From assembly GCF_009914755.1 (NCBI RefSeq), contig NC_060933.1: a DNA stretch of 64,000 nucleotides, one strand, 5' to 3'. How positions within the stretch are numbered: the first letter of the stretch is position 1; every line of letters begins with the position of its first letter. Both the position numbers and the translations under genes were made by a program. The stretch comes from the human T2T-CHM13v2.0 reference genome, Homo sapiens. Of this stretch, positions 48,231 to 61,814 are shown one piece after another. The notes under the pieces were generated by a model that saw nothing but the letters and a program-made list of their open reading frames with translations, was not told the origin of the DNA and searched no databases.

Positions 48231-48898
48231 ATGGAGATTGGCAGAGTGGATTGAGAGACATGACACAACTGTATGAAGTCTATAAGAAAATCATCTCAAA
48301 TATAATAATATTAGCAGGTTAAAATGAAAAATTAAAGGATGGTAAATACATGTTTTGCAAATATTATTCAAAAGAAAGTAGAAATGGCTTCTTTAGTATC
48401 ACAAAAGTAGATTTTAGAGCACAGAAAAGAAAGTTAGCAGATAGAGACGGACGGTATCTAACCACATAAAGACCAGTTCACCAGGGAGACATAGCAATAC
48501 TAAATGTGATGCCAGCCAAACAACAGAGCTGAAAAATATATGAATCAAAAACTGACAAAATAGACAAGTCCACAATTATAGTTGGAGACTTCAATACCTC
48601 TCCCTCAATGATTGATAGAACAACTAGCAGAAAATCAGTAAAGATATAGAACAACTCAAGAACCAACCAACAAAATCAAATCAACATTTATGGTCCACTC
48701 CACTTAGCAACATCAGAATACACATTCTTTTCAAATGACCACAAAATATATATCCCAAGATAGGTCATATCCTGGGCTATCAAACAAGCCTCAACAAATT
48801 TTAAATAAGTGAAATCATATAGAGTGTGTTTTGTAATGACAATGGAATCAAATGAGAAATCAATAACAAAGATAACAGGAAGATATTCAAATGACTAG

Positions 48899-49369
<471 letters not shown>

Positions 49370-50798
49370 AGGCCCTCCCGGACTGACGAAGGCGTGACCT
49401 CAGGCCCACGGCATCCAAGAACACGAAGCATGAGGGACAGAAGAGGGCCCCTCGGCACCTGCCTGGCACAAGTGCAGTGGGCCGGAGGAGGTGACTCGGA
49501 CAAACTGTCATACAGCCTTAAGCAAAGAATGCCGATGGAGGGCCCTTGGCCTGCAGATGCACCCTCCTGGATGAATAAGCCTGCGGCTGATGGAAATTCA
49601 GAGTGAGGCATTATCACTGGAAATGAGAAAGGATCCGAGCAGGGCTGGCCTCTCGCTTCCCAGTGGCGGCCCAGTTCTTCCATATGTGAAAGAATCAGTA
49701 AGAAGAAATCCAGCCTCAGCAGCCACTCCGAGCGCAGCCGTGGGTTTGTTCCCTGCTCCAACAGAGTATTTTGCTCGGGTGTCCTGCAGTGGTGTTGAAG
49801 CTCTGGGGCGGGACTGGCTGGGAGGAGGGCCCAGGGCCACCCACGGCCACAGAGGACAGTGCCCCAAAGGAGAGCCTCAGGTGTCACGACTGCCATGCCA
49901 TCAAAAACTGCCGGAAATGGGAAGTTTTCAGGATGACCCACCAAGTGCTTTTCCCAAGGGTCTGCGCTCTGAGTTGGAACCCTCTTGCCTGCATTCCATC
50001 CTGTCTGCAACACTGCAGGCGTGTCCCGAAGAGCTCCTGAATGACGAGACAAAACGCATTTTCCTTGACCGTTTAAACCCCATGTTTTCAAAGCAAACAA
50101 TAGAATTCAAAAAAATGCTTAAAAGTACCTCAGATGGTCTGCAGATAACACTGGGGTTACTGGCTCTGCAACATTTTGAATTAGCAAATTCATTATGCCA
50201 TAGTTAAGGTACAAGCAGAACAATACAAGTAGATTAATTTTAAGAGTTGTCTTAGAATGATTAAGGTGTGGTTTGTACGACCTGGCAGACTTAGTTGAGT
50301 TTAAATTCAAAACTGGTGGATGCGGAAGGAAATTTTTTAGCATATGTTAAATTGTGCTTTAAAAGACATATAAAGAATTGGGAAACATTTCAGGAGACGA
50401 TCATAGCCTGTATAAATATCAGATTAGAACATACGGATTTACGATGAAGTTCTGTCTTCAACACCCAGCATTGTCTAAAGGGCTACTGTCCCAAATCCTG
50501 TGTGTCCCTTCAGCTTGTCTGATCACCCAACGGAAGTGGATACTTGTAAAGTCTACACCGCTGTACTTGGCGTTAAATCTTGCTGAATTTGTGGTAAGCT
50601 ATTATCATTTCTACATTTTGTAGAATGATTTTGGTCTGCAGCAAAATTCTATTTCACTTCTTACACCCCTTTCCTTCCACTTGAAATGCAATTTAGACAG
50701 AGGCCCTGTGGTGAAAGTTGCAATATTAAGCTTACCTTTAGAAGATCCCTTCTCAAACTCAGAACCCTAGCAGCGTTACCTTAAAAATGAGCTCGAGA

Positions 50799-51090
50799 GG
50801 CCGGGCGCGGTGGCTCACACCTGTAATCCCAGCACTTTGGGAGGCTGAGGCAGGCAGATCACAAGGTCAGGAGATCGACACCATCCTGGCTAACACGGTG
50901 AAACCCCGTCTCTACTAAAAAAAAATACAAAAAATTAGCCGGGCGTGGTGGGGGCGCCTGCAGTCCCAGCTACTCGGGAGGCTGAGGCAGGAGAATGGCG
51001 TGAACCCATAAGGTGGAGCTTGCCGTGAGCCGAGATGGCGCCACCGTACTCCAGCCTGGGCGACAGAGCGAGACTGTCTCAAAAAAAAAA
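50799..51090 (+). mobile_element. AluY in the retrocopy 3'UTR, TSD aaaaatgagctcgaga
   Basis: CpG-rich AluY with perfect TSD. Confidence 0.95.
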
Positions 51091-52805
51091 ATGAGCTCGA
51101 GAAAAAAGTAGCTCAGTTACAGAGAAGCAAATCAAGTTATTTCCCAGATAAAAAGTTTCCCAGATTCTAGGAATTGCAGTATCTTGTACCCTAAAATTTT
51201 TCCAGGTGACTCCTTTTGTTGTCTGTTGATAACTTTAATAAAGGTCATTTAAGGGCATAAGGTTTTAAAGACTCCCAAAGTGAGACTTAACCATTTTCGG
51301 GATTAGCGATTGCATATATCAGTTTATGTTGTGTGCTTAATTACTATGCCATGTGCTATTTTAGTGTTTGGGGAAAATGAAAAATAAAATTTGTTCTTTG
51401 GATTAATAAATATGTCTTAATAAAAAATACAGTGAATGACAATGAAAATGCAACACATCAACATTTGTGGGTATGTATAAAGCAGGGTGAGAGGGAAATT
51501 CATAGAACTAAATGCATAAATTAGATGATAAGAAAATTATCAAGCCAATAATTTAAGCTCCCACTTGAAGTACGTAGAAAATAAGAGAAAAAAAAACCAC
51601 TCAAAATAAGAAGGAAGGAAATAATGACTATAATAGCAGAAATCAATGAAATTTAAAACAGAAAAACAATAAAGAAAACCAATGAAACAAAGAGCTGGTT
51701 CTTTAAAAAGATCTATAAAATTCACAAACATCTACCAAGAGTGACAAAGCAAAAAGGAGAGAATTATAGATTAGAAATATTAGGCATGACACAGAAGGTA
51801 TCACTAAAGACCTTGTAGATGTTGAAAGGATAATAAATGAATACTACAAACAACTCTAAACACATACATTTGGCAACTTAAATGAAATAGACCACTTTCT
51901 TGAAAAGCATAAACTACCACAACTTATCAATATAAAACAAATAATGCAAATAGCCCCACATAAGATCTCCAGGCTCAGATGGTTTCACTGGAAAATTCTG
52001 CCCAAAGTTTAAAGAATAATAGATACCAATTCTGTATATCCTCTTCCAGAGAAAAGAAAGACAGCGGAATACTTCTCAAGTGATTTTATTTATTTATCTC
52101 ATTTATTATTTTTACCATTATCAGAATAATCACATTTATTTACTTCCTGTCTTATTCCACCATTTGTATGTAAATTCCATGGGTAAGGGCCTGCTCTTAC
52201 GTCCCACACCTCTAGGTCTACAGAGCCTAGAGACAAAGGTGTGAGGAAAGCACTCCGTGACCCTCCCTGGCCAGGCCACATGAGTTCTGGATCTGAATTT
52301 AGAGCCACAGACTTTAAGCACTAAAATAAACCTGAGGTTTTCCAGAGGCGTTTAACTTTCTCCTTTAATAGACAAGAATGCACCTAAGAATGGAGAGTGG
52401 CTTCCTGCAGTAACCCAGCCACTCAATAGAGACTAAGCCCACAATGACCTGAGTCAAAAAGTCTGCAACCTTTTCCCCCCAAATCCCACCTTCTCCTTCT
52501 CTCAACTCATTTTTAAAAGCTAGTATTACCTTGATACCAAAAACAAAGACAGTTAAAAAAAACAAAACAAAACAGGAACTACAGACCAATATCCCTCATA
52601 AATATAGACACAGAATTAAGCAATATGTAAAAAGAACTATATGCTATGAGCAAGTGCAGTTTATTCCTGGAAAGCAAGGCTTGTTCCATATGTGAAAATC
52701 AATGTAACCTACCATATTAACATGATGAAGAAGAGAATCACATAATCGTATCAATTGATGCAGAAAAATCATTTGACAAAATGCATGATAAAAACTCTGA
52801 GAAAT

Positions 52806-53191
<386 letters not shown>

Positions 53192-55736
53192 TCAAAGAAA
53201 GAATGCTTTTCTCCTAAGAAAGGGAATAAGGCAAAGATATATGCTCTTACTACTCTAATTCAATACAGCACAGGAAGTTTTAGCCAGTTCAGTAAAGCAT
53301 TTAAAAAAAGGCATATTGATTGGAAAGGAAGAAATAAAACTGTTCACTTTTGCAGATAACATGATGGCTATGTGGAAAATCCAAAGAAATCTATTTTAAA
53401 ACACCAAAATCAACAACTCCTAGAACTAGTAAGTGAATTCAGCAAGGCTACAGGATACGACATAAATATACAAAAAAATCAAGTGTACTTTGAGTGATGA
53501 ACGCTTGGATATAAAAATTAAAAATACAATAAGTACCATTTATAATTGCTCAGAAAAGGAAATACTCATTTCAAATTCTAACAAAACATTCATAAGACTT
53601 GAATGCTAAACATTAGAAATTCTGATGAAAGAAATCAAAGATCTAAACAAATGATGAGACACATCATGTTCTTCAATTTGGAGACTCAAAATAGCAAAGA
53701 TGTTAATTCTCCCCAAACTCATATATACAATTCCTACAAAAATTTCAGCAATATTTCTTGTAGATGAATACAAGATTATTTTAAAATTGTCTTGGAGATG
53801 CAAAGGAACTAAAATAGCTAAAACATTTTTGAAAAAGAATTACCAAGTTGGAAGAATCAATCTATCCCATTACAAGACTTATTGTGTAGCTATTGTAATC
53901 AACAGCACGTGATATTGGTAGAGTGAAAGATACACAGACAAATTAAACAGAACAGAGAACTCAGACCCACATAAATATAACTGACAGGTTATTGACAAAA
54001 GCATAAAAGTAATTCAGTGTGGGGAAAGGAAGTTTTTTCAACAAATATTGCTGGAGCATTTGCATATCCATAAGCAAAGTTGAATGGTGACATGAACCTA
54101 ACACTCCATACATGAATTAATTCAAAATAGACCACGGACTTAAATGTAAAACTACAAATCTTTTAGAAAAATACATTAAAACCCTTCAGGACCTAGGGCC
54201 AGGCAAAGAATATTTTAAACTTTACAACAAAAGCATCATCAATAAAACCAAAAATAGATAAACCGGACGCTATCAAAATTAAAGAAAAAAATTTTGTTCT
54301 GTGAATGACCTTGCTAAGAGTATGAAAAAACAAACTACCAACTAGGACAAAATGTTTTGAAAGCATATAGCAGACAAAGGATTAGTATCTAAATTACATA
54401 AAGAACTCTTAAAACTCAATAGCAAAACAAACAAACAGAAAATGGGCAAATGATATGAACACGCATTTCACCAAAAAGCACAGACAGATGTCAAATAAGC
54501 ACAAGGAAGGACATTTAACATCATTTGCTATTATGAAAATAAAAATTAAAATTATGATGAGCTATTACTATACACATATGACAATGGTTAAATAAAAAAT
54601 AGTGACAACTCCAAATGCTAGTGAGGATGAAGGGAAACTCTTTCCCTTATTTACTATTAATGGGAATGTAAAATGGTACAGCCACTCTGGAAAAAAGTTA
54701 GGCAATTAAAAAAAAATGAAACTGGCAGTGCCATACAACTCAGCAACTGCATCCTTGGGCATTTGTCCCAGAGAAATGAAGACTTGTGTTCACACAAAAA
54801 CCTGCACATAAATGTTTAGAGCAAGTTTATTTGTAGTGGCCCCAACTGGAAACAACCTACATGTCCTTTAGTTCGTGAACAATTAAACAGTCTGTGGTAC
54901 ATCCATAGCATAGAATACTATTCAGCAATAAAAAGGAATACACTATTGATATGCACAACATCCTGGATGAATCTTCAGAGAATTACAGAGTGAAAAAAGC
55001 CAATGCCAAAAGGATACACAATGCATAATTCTGTTGATATAATATTCTTGACATGACAAAACTATAGAAATGGAGAACAGATTCAGTGGTTGTCAGAGAT
55101 GAAGGAGGGCCTGGGGGCAGGAGGGAAGTGGGTGTAGCTAGAAAAGGAAAACTTGAGGGGGCTTTTACAGTGAAGGCAATGCATTTTGACTGCATCAATG
55201 CTAATATCCTGGTTGTGATATTGCAATATAGCTTTGCAAGATATTATTGTTGGGAGAAACTGAGTAACTGGAATGCAGATCTGTGTAAATAATATTCTTA
55301 AAATTGTTTGTGAATCTGCAATTATCTTAAAATTAAAATTTTAATTAACAATACATATGTTCTACCTCTATCCACTGAATATTCTAGGAGACAAAAATCT
55401 AGTAGCAACAAGCATTCCTGTTGTCTACATTGTGGACTCTAAATGTTATCTCCATCTAAAAGGAACTAGAGATCCTTAGAGAAATGGTTGGTTCTCTATC
55501 TGGGGCAGGAAATGTACCAGATGAGCCTGCAGCATCTTATTATAAACAGATGCCAAGAAGCCATCAAGGACTACTGGGCACATGTCTAAAGGGTCCAGAC
55601 ACCAACGTGAAGAGGCTCTCACTGGCCAGATATGGGATAATTTGAGCTGTAAAAATGATAATAACTGCAATGTTTTGAAACACATCAAATATTTGAAAAA
55701 CTCAAGACTTTATAATGATATTAAGAAAGCTCATTA

Positions 55737-56028
55737 GGCTGGATGTGGTGGCTCACACCTGTAATCCCAGCACTTTGGGAGGCCAAGGCTGGAGGATTGC
55801 TTGAGGCCAGGAGTTTGAGACCAGACTGGGCAACATGGTGAGACTTTGACTCTACAAAAAATAAAAAAGTCAGCTGGGCATGGTGGCACATGCCTGTAAT
55901 ACCAGCTACTTGGCTGAGGTGGGAGGATAATTTGAGCCCAAAACTTCAAGGCTGCAGTGAGCAATAATTGCGCCACTGCACTCCAGCCTGGGCAACAGAT
56001 CCAGACCCTGTCTCTAAAAAAAAAAAAG
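55737..56028 (+). mobile_element. AluJ SINE
   Basis: gaggattgcttgaggccaggagtttgag. Confidence 0.9.
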
Positions 56029-57049
56029 AGCCCCATTTGTTTCCTTTGGAGGATGCTAGGGAACCAACTGATTGCTATAATAATTGGTAAATGAAGGGAA
56101 AGAATCTTGATTCTTGATCCTCCATTTCCTGCACAAACAATACTGAAGATTCAGGTGACGAGGGGAAGCTGCTGCACATACAGTCACCTCTGCCCTAACT
56201 TCCATGCTTTGGCTGTTCAGTCTATCCTCAGCGCTTCAGGAGATGCTCCTGTTAAACAAAAGTCAGATCATGTGACTCCTCCACTCAAACCCGCCAATGG
56301 CATCCTGGTTCACTCATAACATGGACCCAAGCCCTTCCCTGAGCTAAAGGGTCAACACCATCTGTCCCCACTGCCTCCTAACATGGGCCCCTCCCTCACT
56401 CTCATCAGCCACCCTGGCCTCTTGCTCTTTCTCACACTCAGCACGTGCGGGCCCCAGGGCCTGTGTACTTGCAGAGCCTTTCCCAGATTCCCCTGCGGCT
56501 ATGCCTTCCTCACTTACCCAGTGGTTGGCTCAAGGGTATCCTTATTGGAGAGGATTCCTGTTTTGTGTATCCACTTGTGGTCCCAAACCTCACATGGTTC
56601 CATCTGATTCTACAGGCCATGTGCTTCTCCACTAAGCTGCACTGTGTGAGGGACTAAGTGGAGGGCAAAAAGTCAAGGGGCTAAGTGGAGGGCAAAAAGA
56701 AGAAAAAGACATAGTCCCTGCCCTCCACAATCTTCAATTTATAGCAGAAAGCCGGGAACACACACACACACACACAGCCTGCTCAAAGTGAGTTTGCCCT
56801 GGAACATGTGGGAAGCTGGCCTAGTTCTGCACAAGAAGGGAACCCTGTATAAATGGACTTAGCGGAGAAGGTCATCCGAGAGGAAATGAGCCCTGTGCAC
56901 TGAGCTCTGAAGAGCAGGAGGGCTGAGGTGGTGTGGGACTGAAAGTAAGATTATCTGGAATTATCTGGGTGGGTCCAATCTAATCCCAGAAGCCCTTAAA
57001 AGCAAAGAACTTAGCCTGGAAGCAGAAGACAGTTGCATGCATGTACTAC

Positions 57050-57498
57050 AGTTTGGTTATGCACTTCCCAGTAGATGGACATTTGGGTTGCTTCTAGTTT
57101 GGGGCTGCTGTAAACACTTTTGTGCAAGGCTTTTTGTGGACATGTGTTTTCATTTCTGTAGATGCTGTGGTTAAGTGGAAGAGGTATGTATAAATGTTTT
57201 AAGAAACTTGCAAACAGTTTTCCAAAATGGTTGTATCACTTTACACCATACGGTAGTGTATGAGAGTTGCTGTTGCATTAGTAGTGATTAGCCTGTTTCA
57301 TTTTAGCAATTCTGGTAGGTCAGGGGGCGATTTTGATCTGCACTTCCTTGATGATTAATGATGCTGGGCATCTTCTAATGTGCTGATCTGCCATATATCT
57401 TATTTTGTAAATTGTCAGTTCAAAGCTTTTATACATTTTAAAATTTGGATATTAGTCTTTTTATTATTGAATTGTAGCAACTTTTAGAAAATATATTC
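57050..57498 (-). mobile_element. L1ME-type fragment (antisense)
   Basis: gatggacatttgggttgcttctagtttggggct, caaacagttttccaaaatggttgta. Confidence 0.75.
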
Positions 57499-59102
57499 TT
57501 TTTTTTTTTTTTTTTTTTATAGTATTTATTGATCATTCTTGGGTGTTTCTCGGAGAGGGGGATGTGGCAGGGTCATAGGATAATAGTGGAGAGAAGGTCA
57601 GCAGATAAACACGTGAACAAAGGACTCTGGTTTTCCTAGGCAGAGGTCCCTGCGGCCTTCTGCAGTGTTTGTGTCCCTGGGTACTTGAGATTAGGGAGTG
57701 GTGATGACTCTTAACGAGCATGCTGCCTTCAAGCATCTGTTTAACAAAGCACATCTTGCACCGCCCTTAATACATTTAACCCTGAGTTGACACAGCACAT
57801 GTTTCAGAGAGCAGGAGGTTGGGGGTAAGGTTATAGATTAACAGCATCCCAAGGCAGAAGAGTTTTTCTTAGTACAGAACAAACTGGAGTCTCCTATGTC
57901 TACTTCTTTCTACACAGACACAGTAACAATCTGTTCTCTCTTTCTTTTCTCCACATTTCCCCCTTTTTTTTCTACAAAACCGCCATCGTCATCATGGCCC
58001 ATTCTCGATGGTCGCTGTCTCTTCGGAGCTGTTGGGTACACCTCCCAGATGGGGCGGCCGGGCAGAGGCACTCCTCACTTCCCAGACGGGGCAGCCGGGC
58101 AGAGGTGCTCCTCCGGGCAGAGGCGCCCCTCACCTCCCAGACGGGGCGGCCGGGCAGAGGCGCCCCCCACATCCCAGACGGGGTGGCCGGGCAGAGGCGC
58201 TCCTCACCTCCCAGACGGGGCGGCCGGGCAGAGGCGCTCCTCCAGGCAGAGGTGCCCCTCACCTCCCAGACCGGGTGGTCGGGCAGAGGCGCCCCCCACC
58301 TCCCAGGAGGGGCGGCCGGGCAGAGGCGCCCCCCCCACCTCCCAGACGGGGCGGCCCGGCAGAGGTGCCCACCACCTCCCAGACGTGGCGGCCGGGCAGA
58401 GGCACTCCTCACCTCCTGGACAGGGCGGCCGGGCAGAGGTGCTCCTCACTTCCCAGACGGGGCGGCCAGACAGAGGCGCTCCTCACATCCCAGATGATGG
58501 GCAGCCAGGCAGAGATGCTCCTCACTTCCTAGATGGGGTGGCGGCCGGGCAGAGGCACTCCTCACTTCCCAGACGGGGTGGCCGGGCAGAGGCGCTCCTC
58601 ACATCCCAGACAATGAGTGGCCAGGCAGAGACGCTCCTCACTTCCTAGATGGGGTGGCGGCCGGGAAGAGGCTGTAATCTTAGCACTTTGGGAGGCAAGG
58701 CAGGTGGCTGGGAGGTAGAGGTTGTAGCGAGCTGAGATCACGCCACTGCACTCCAGCCTGGGCAACATTGAGCATTGAGTGAGCATGACTCCGTCTGCAA
58801 TCCCAGCACCTCGGGAGGCCGAGGCAGGCAGATCACTCGAGGTCAGGAGCTGGAGATCAGCCCGGTCAACATGGCGAAACCCCGTGTCCACCAAAAATGC
58901 AAAAACCAGTCAGGCGTGGTGGCACGTGCCTGCAATCCCAGGCACTCAGCAGGCCGAGGCAGGAGAATCACGGGAGCCTGAGGCAGGGAGTTTGCAGCAA
59001 GCTGAGATCACGGCAGTACAGTCCAGCCTTGGCAACAGAGGGAGACCAAAGAAAGAAAGGGGAGGGGGAGGGGGAGAGGGAGAGGGAGAGGGAGAGGGAG
59101 AG
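57499..59102 (-). mobile_element. SVA retrotransposon, full-length, older (SVA_A/B-like) type
   Basis: Poly-T 57499-57518, SINE-R (~57520-58030), GC-rich VNTR (~58040-58665), Alu-like region, (CCCTCT)n hexamer at ~59060-59102. Confidence 0.95.
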
Positions 59103-59603
59103 CTAGATTTCTTCTAGTCATTAAGCACTTTGGGCCATTTTTCTGTGCATCCGATCTGACATTTTTGCTCTCAGATGAAACATGATAAAGGAAGCCAAGA
59201 CGCCAGGATTCCTGGAGGGGACCTTGGGTGCTGGGTCTTGGGCTCCAGGGCCCTGATGGGACTGAACCAGAAGGAGCCAGGGAAGGGCAAACACTGGGGC
59301 TGACGCCCTATGACCCAATGGCCATTGGTGGCCGGGCCTTATGGCCCCAAGACACCCTGTCCTCAGGCCACAGACACCATGGGCTTTGGTCAGGTCCCAG
59401 CCTCCCAGTAGTGTCCTGGTACTAGCAGGTGCTGACCCCTGAGCCACAACCACAGTTTTGGGTTTTGGGTTTTGTAAAACCACCTCAGGGACAGAGTTCT
59501 GGGGTTGGGTTTGGCAGGAACCATGGCGCCACCCAGGGATGGTGTGTCACTCCTACTTGCCACAAAATGTGCACATAGGCTGTCCCACTGCCCAGCACAT
59601 CCT

Positions 59604-60569
59604 GCTGGACAGGATGGAGGAAGTCAGGGAACAGGCAGGGTGGACATCTGGGGTGTAGGGAGAGGCAGGTGCATGCTGGGAGGTCAGACCCTGGGAGGGT
59701 TGTGGGGGCATCAGGTGGAGTGGGCTCCAGGTGTACCCTCAATGCACTGGGCAGGTCTCAGGCCAGGCTCCCTGGACCCTGGCTGGGTGATGTGGTCACT
59801 GCCTGGGGTACTGCTGTCAGGTCCCGGCCACCCACCCTGGGCAGCACCGTCCCATTTAGGACTGGGCTGAGTCCTGAGACACGACAGTACTGTCCAGGCC
59901 TGACGGACTGGGAGGACCTGTTAAGTCCTTCATCTCTAGACCAGCCTCCCACACAGCAAGGACAGTCTCTTACGTTTACCTTCAGGACACTGACTGATCC
60001 ATCTCACTCTAAAGCAACCAAGGCAGAGCTGAGGACCTGTGCCAGGCTGGGAGCCAGTCCCCTCCCTAAATGGGCCTGAGGGAAGCACCATCCCTGTCCC
60101 AATCCGCTGCAAGTTTCAGCCCAGGAGACACATAGGGAAGGGAGGATGGAGCCTCTCTGCTGGCTGACACTGGAAAAGTGGGACCCAGGAGAAGAGGGAG
60201 CGCAGGGCTGGCAGGGGACACTCCAAGCCCACGGAGAGCTCGGGCTGCACCATGGGGCTGCCCCTCCTGCGCTGGAAGCTGTGCCCTCTGCAGGATCTGA
60301 GAAAGTCCAGTCCTGAGATGGGACAGTGCTGCCCATGGTGGGTGCCCAGTGCCTGATAGCAATCCCCCAGGGAGTGACCACATCACCCGACCAGGGTCCA
60401 GGAAGCCTGGGCTGAGATCTGCCCAGTGCACTGAGGGTGCACCTGGAGCCCACCCCACCTGACACCCCCACAGCCCTCACAAGGTCTGACCTCCCAGCAT
60501 GCACCTGCCTCTCCCTGCACCCCAGCTGCCCACCCTGCCTGTTCCCTGGCTTCCTCTATCCTGTGCAGC
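59604..60569. repeat. Inverted repeat, ~265-bp arms (59604-59868 and 60304-60569), ~435-bp spacer
   Basis: Near-identical translations MHAGRSD...SGGVGSRCTL on opposite strands; the arms are reverse complements. Confidence 0.9.
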
Positions 60570-60777
60570 TGATAGACTGTGACCATCTATCTGGCCACTC
60601 TGGCCCTTCCTTTACCTTTGTCCTTTCAATATCTCTGAGCAAGATCTCCTAGGTCCATCCAAACACCTGCTTTGTCCACTTTTGACTGGGACTTTGGGCA
60701 CTACTGGGCCATCCCAACTATCCACAGGGCCCTCCATAACGTGCATTGCACCTGACATCTCCCAGCAGTGCTCAGCA

Positions 60778-61812
60778 GCCCCCACTGACCAGGTCCCTGC
60801 TGACCATATCCCACACATCAGGTCCTCCCAGAACACACCCTCATTGATTAGAACCCCATGACCAGGCCCCACTAACCAGGCCCCTGCTGCCAGGCCCACA
60901 ATGACCAGGACCCCACTGACCAGGACCTTACTGACCAGGCCCCACTGACAAGGTCCTTACTAACAAGGCCTCACTGACCAGGTCCTTACTGACAAGGCCT
61001 CATTGACCAGGTCCTTACTGACAAGGCCTCACCGACCAGGTTCTTACTGACAAGGCCTCACCGACCAGGTCCTTACTGACAAGGCCTCACGACCAGGTCC
61101 TTACTGGTCAGTGACCCCACTGCCTGGCACCACAGGCAGTAGGGTGACCCTTACTGGACAATGATCCCATTGCCTGGCACCACAGATGAGGCCCCACTGA
61201 CCAGGCCTCCAGGGAACAGGCTGCCACTGACCAGGCCCGTATTAACCAGGCCTTGGTGACCAGATGCCCCTGACTGTGACCCTAGTGAGCAGGCCCCACT
61301 GAATTGGCACCCACTGCTCAGATCCCTGCTCACCAGGTCACCCCATAGACCAGTGCTACAAAAGCCACCACTGACCAAGCTCTCTCTGAACAGGCCCCCA
61401 CTGATTAGGTTCCACTGACTAGGCTGCCCTGACCAGGGCCCCACTGACAAGGGCCTCACTGATGAGGACATGGTCACCAGGCCCTGCTGACTAGGTCCCA
61501 TGTGACCAGGCCTCCACTGAATAGCACCCCTTGACCTGGTCACCAGTGACCCAGCCCATGCTGACAAGGCCACCACTAAGCCCCAGCTGACCAGGTCTCC
61601 ACTGACAAAGCCCCGCAGCCCAGTGTTACACTGACCAGACACCAAACTAGTGGCTGCCACTAGGTCCCCACTCACCAAGACCCCACTACTAGATCCCCCT
61701 AATGAGACCCTCTCTAAGCAGACCCCTGCTGACCACGCCCCCAATAAATAGGCCTCACTGACCAAGTCCCAACTGACTAGGTCCACTGATGAGGCCCACA
61801 CTGATCAGGGCC
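60778..61812. repeat. Degenerate ~15-bp minisatellite (ccccactgaccagg) with a 29-bp higher-order block
   Basis: Dozens of (c)cactgaccagg variants; about 5 copies of gtccttactgacaaggcctcactgaccag at 60953-61107. Confidence 0.9.
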
Positions 61813-61814
61813 CT

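Noticed and set aside
57896-58648. 250-aa and overlapping Arg/Gly/Pro-rich ORFs
   Set aside because: Artefacts of the stop-poor SVA VNTR
61151-61801. 216-aa LVSG-rich ORF
   Set aside because: Translation of the minisatellite; no independent coding evidence
60778-61812. CRISPR-like repeat array
   Set aside because: No unique spacers, degenerate tandem monomers, eukaryotic context and no cas genes; it is a minisatellite
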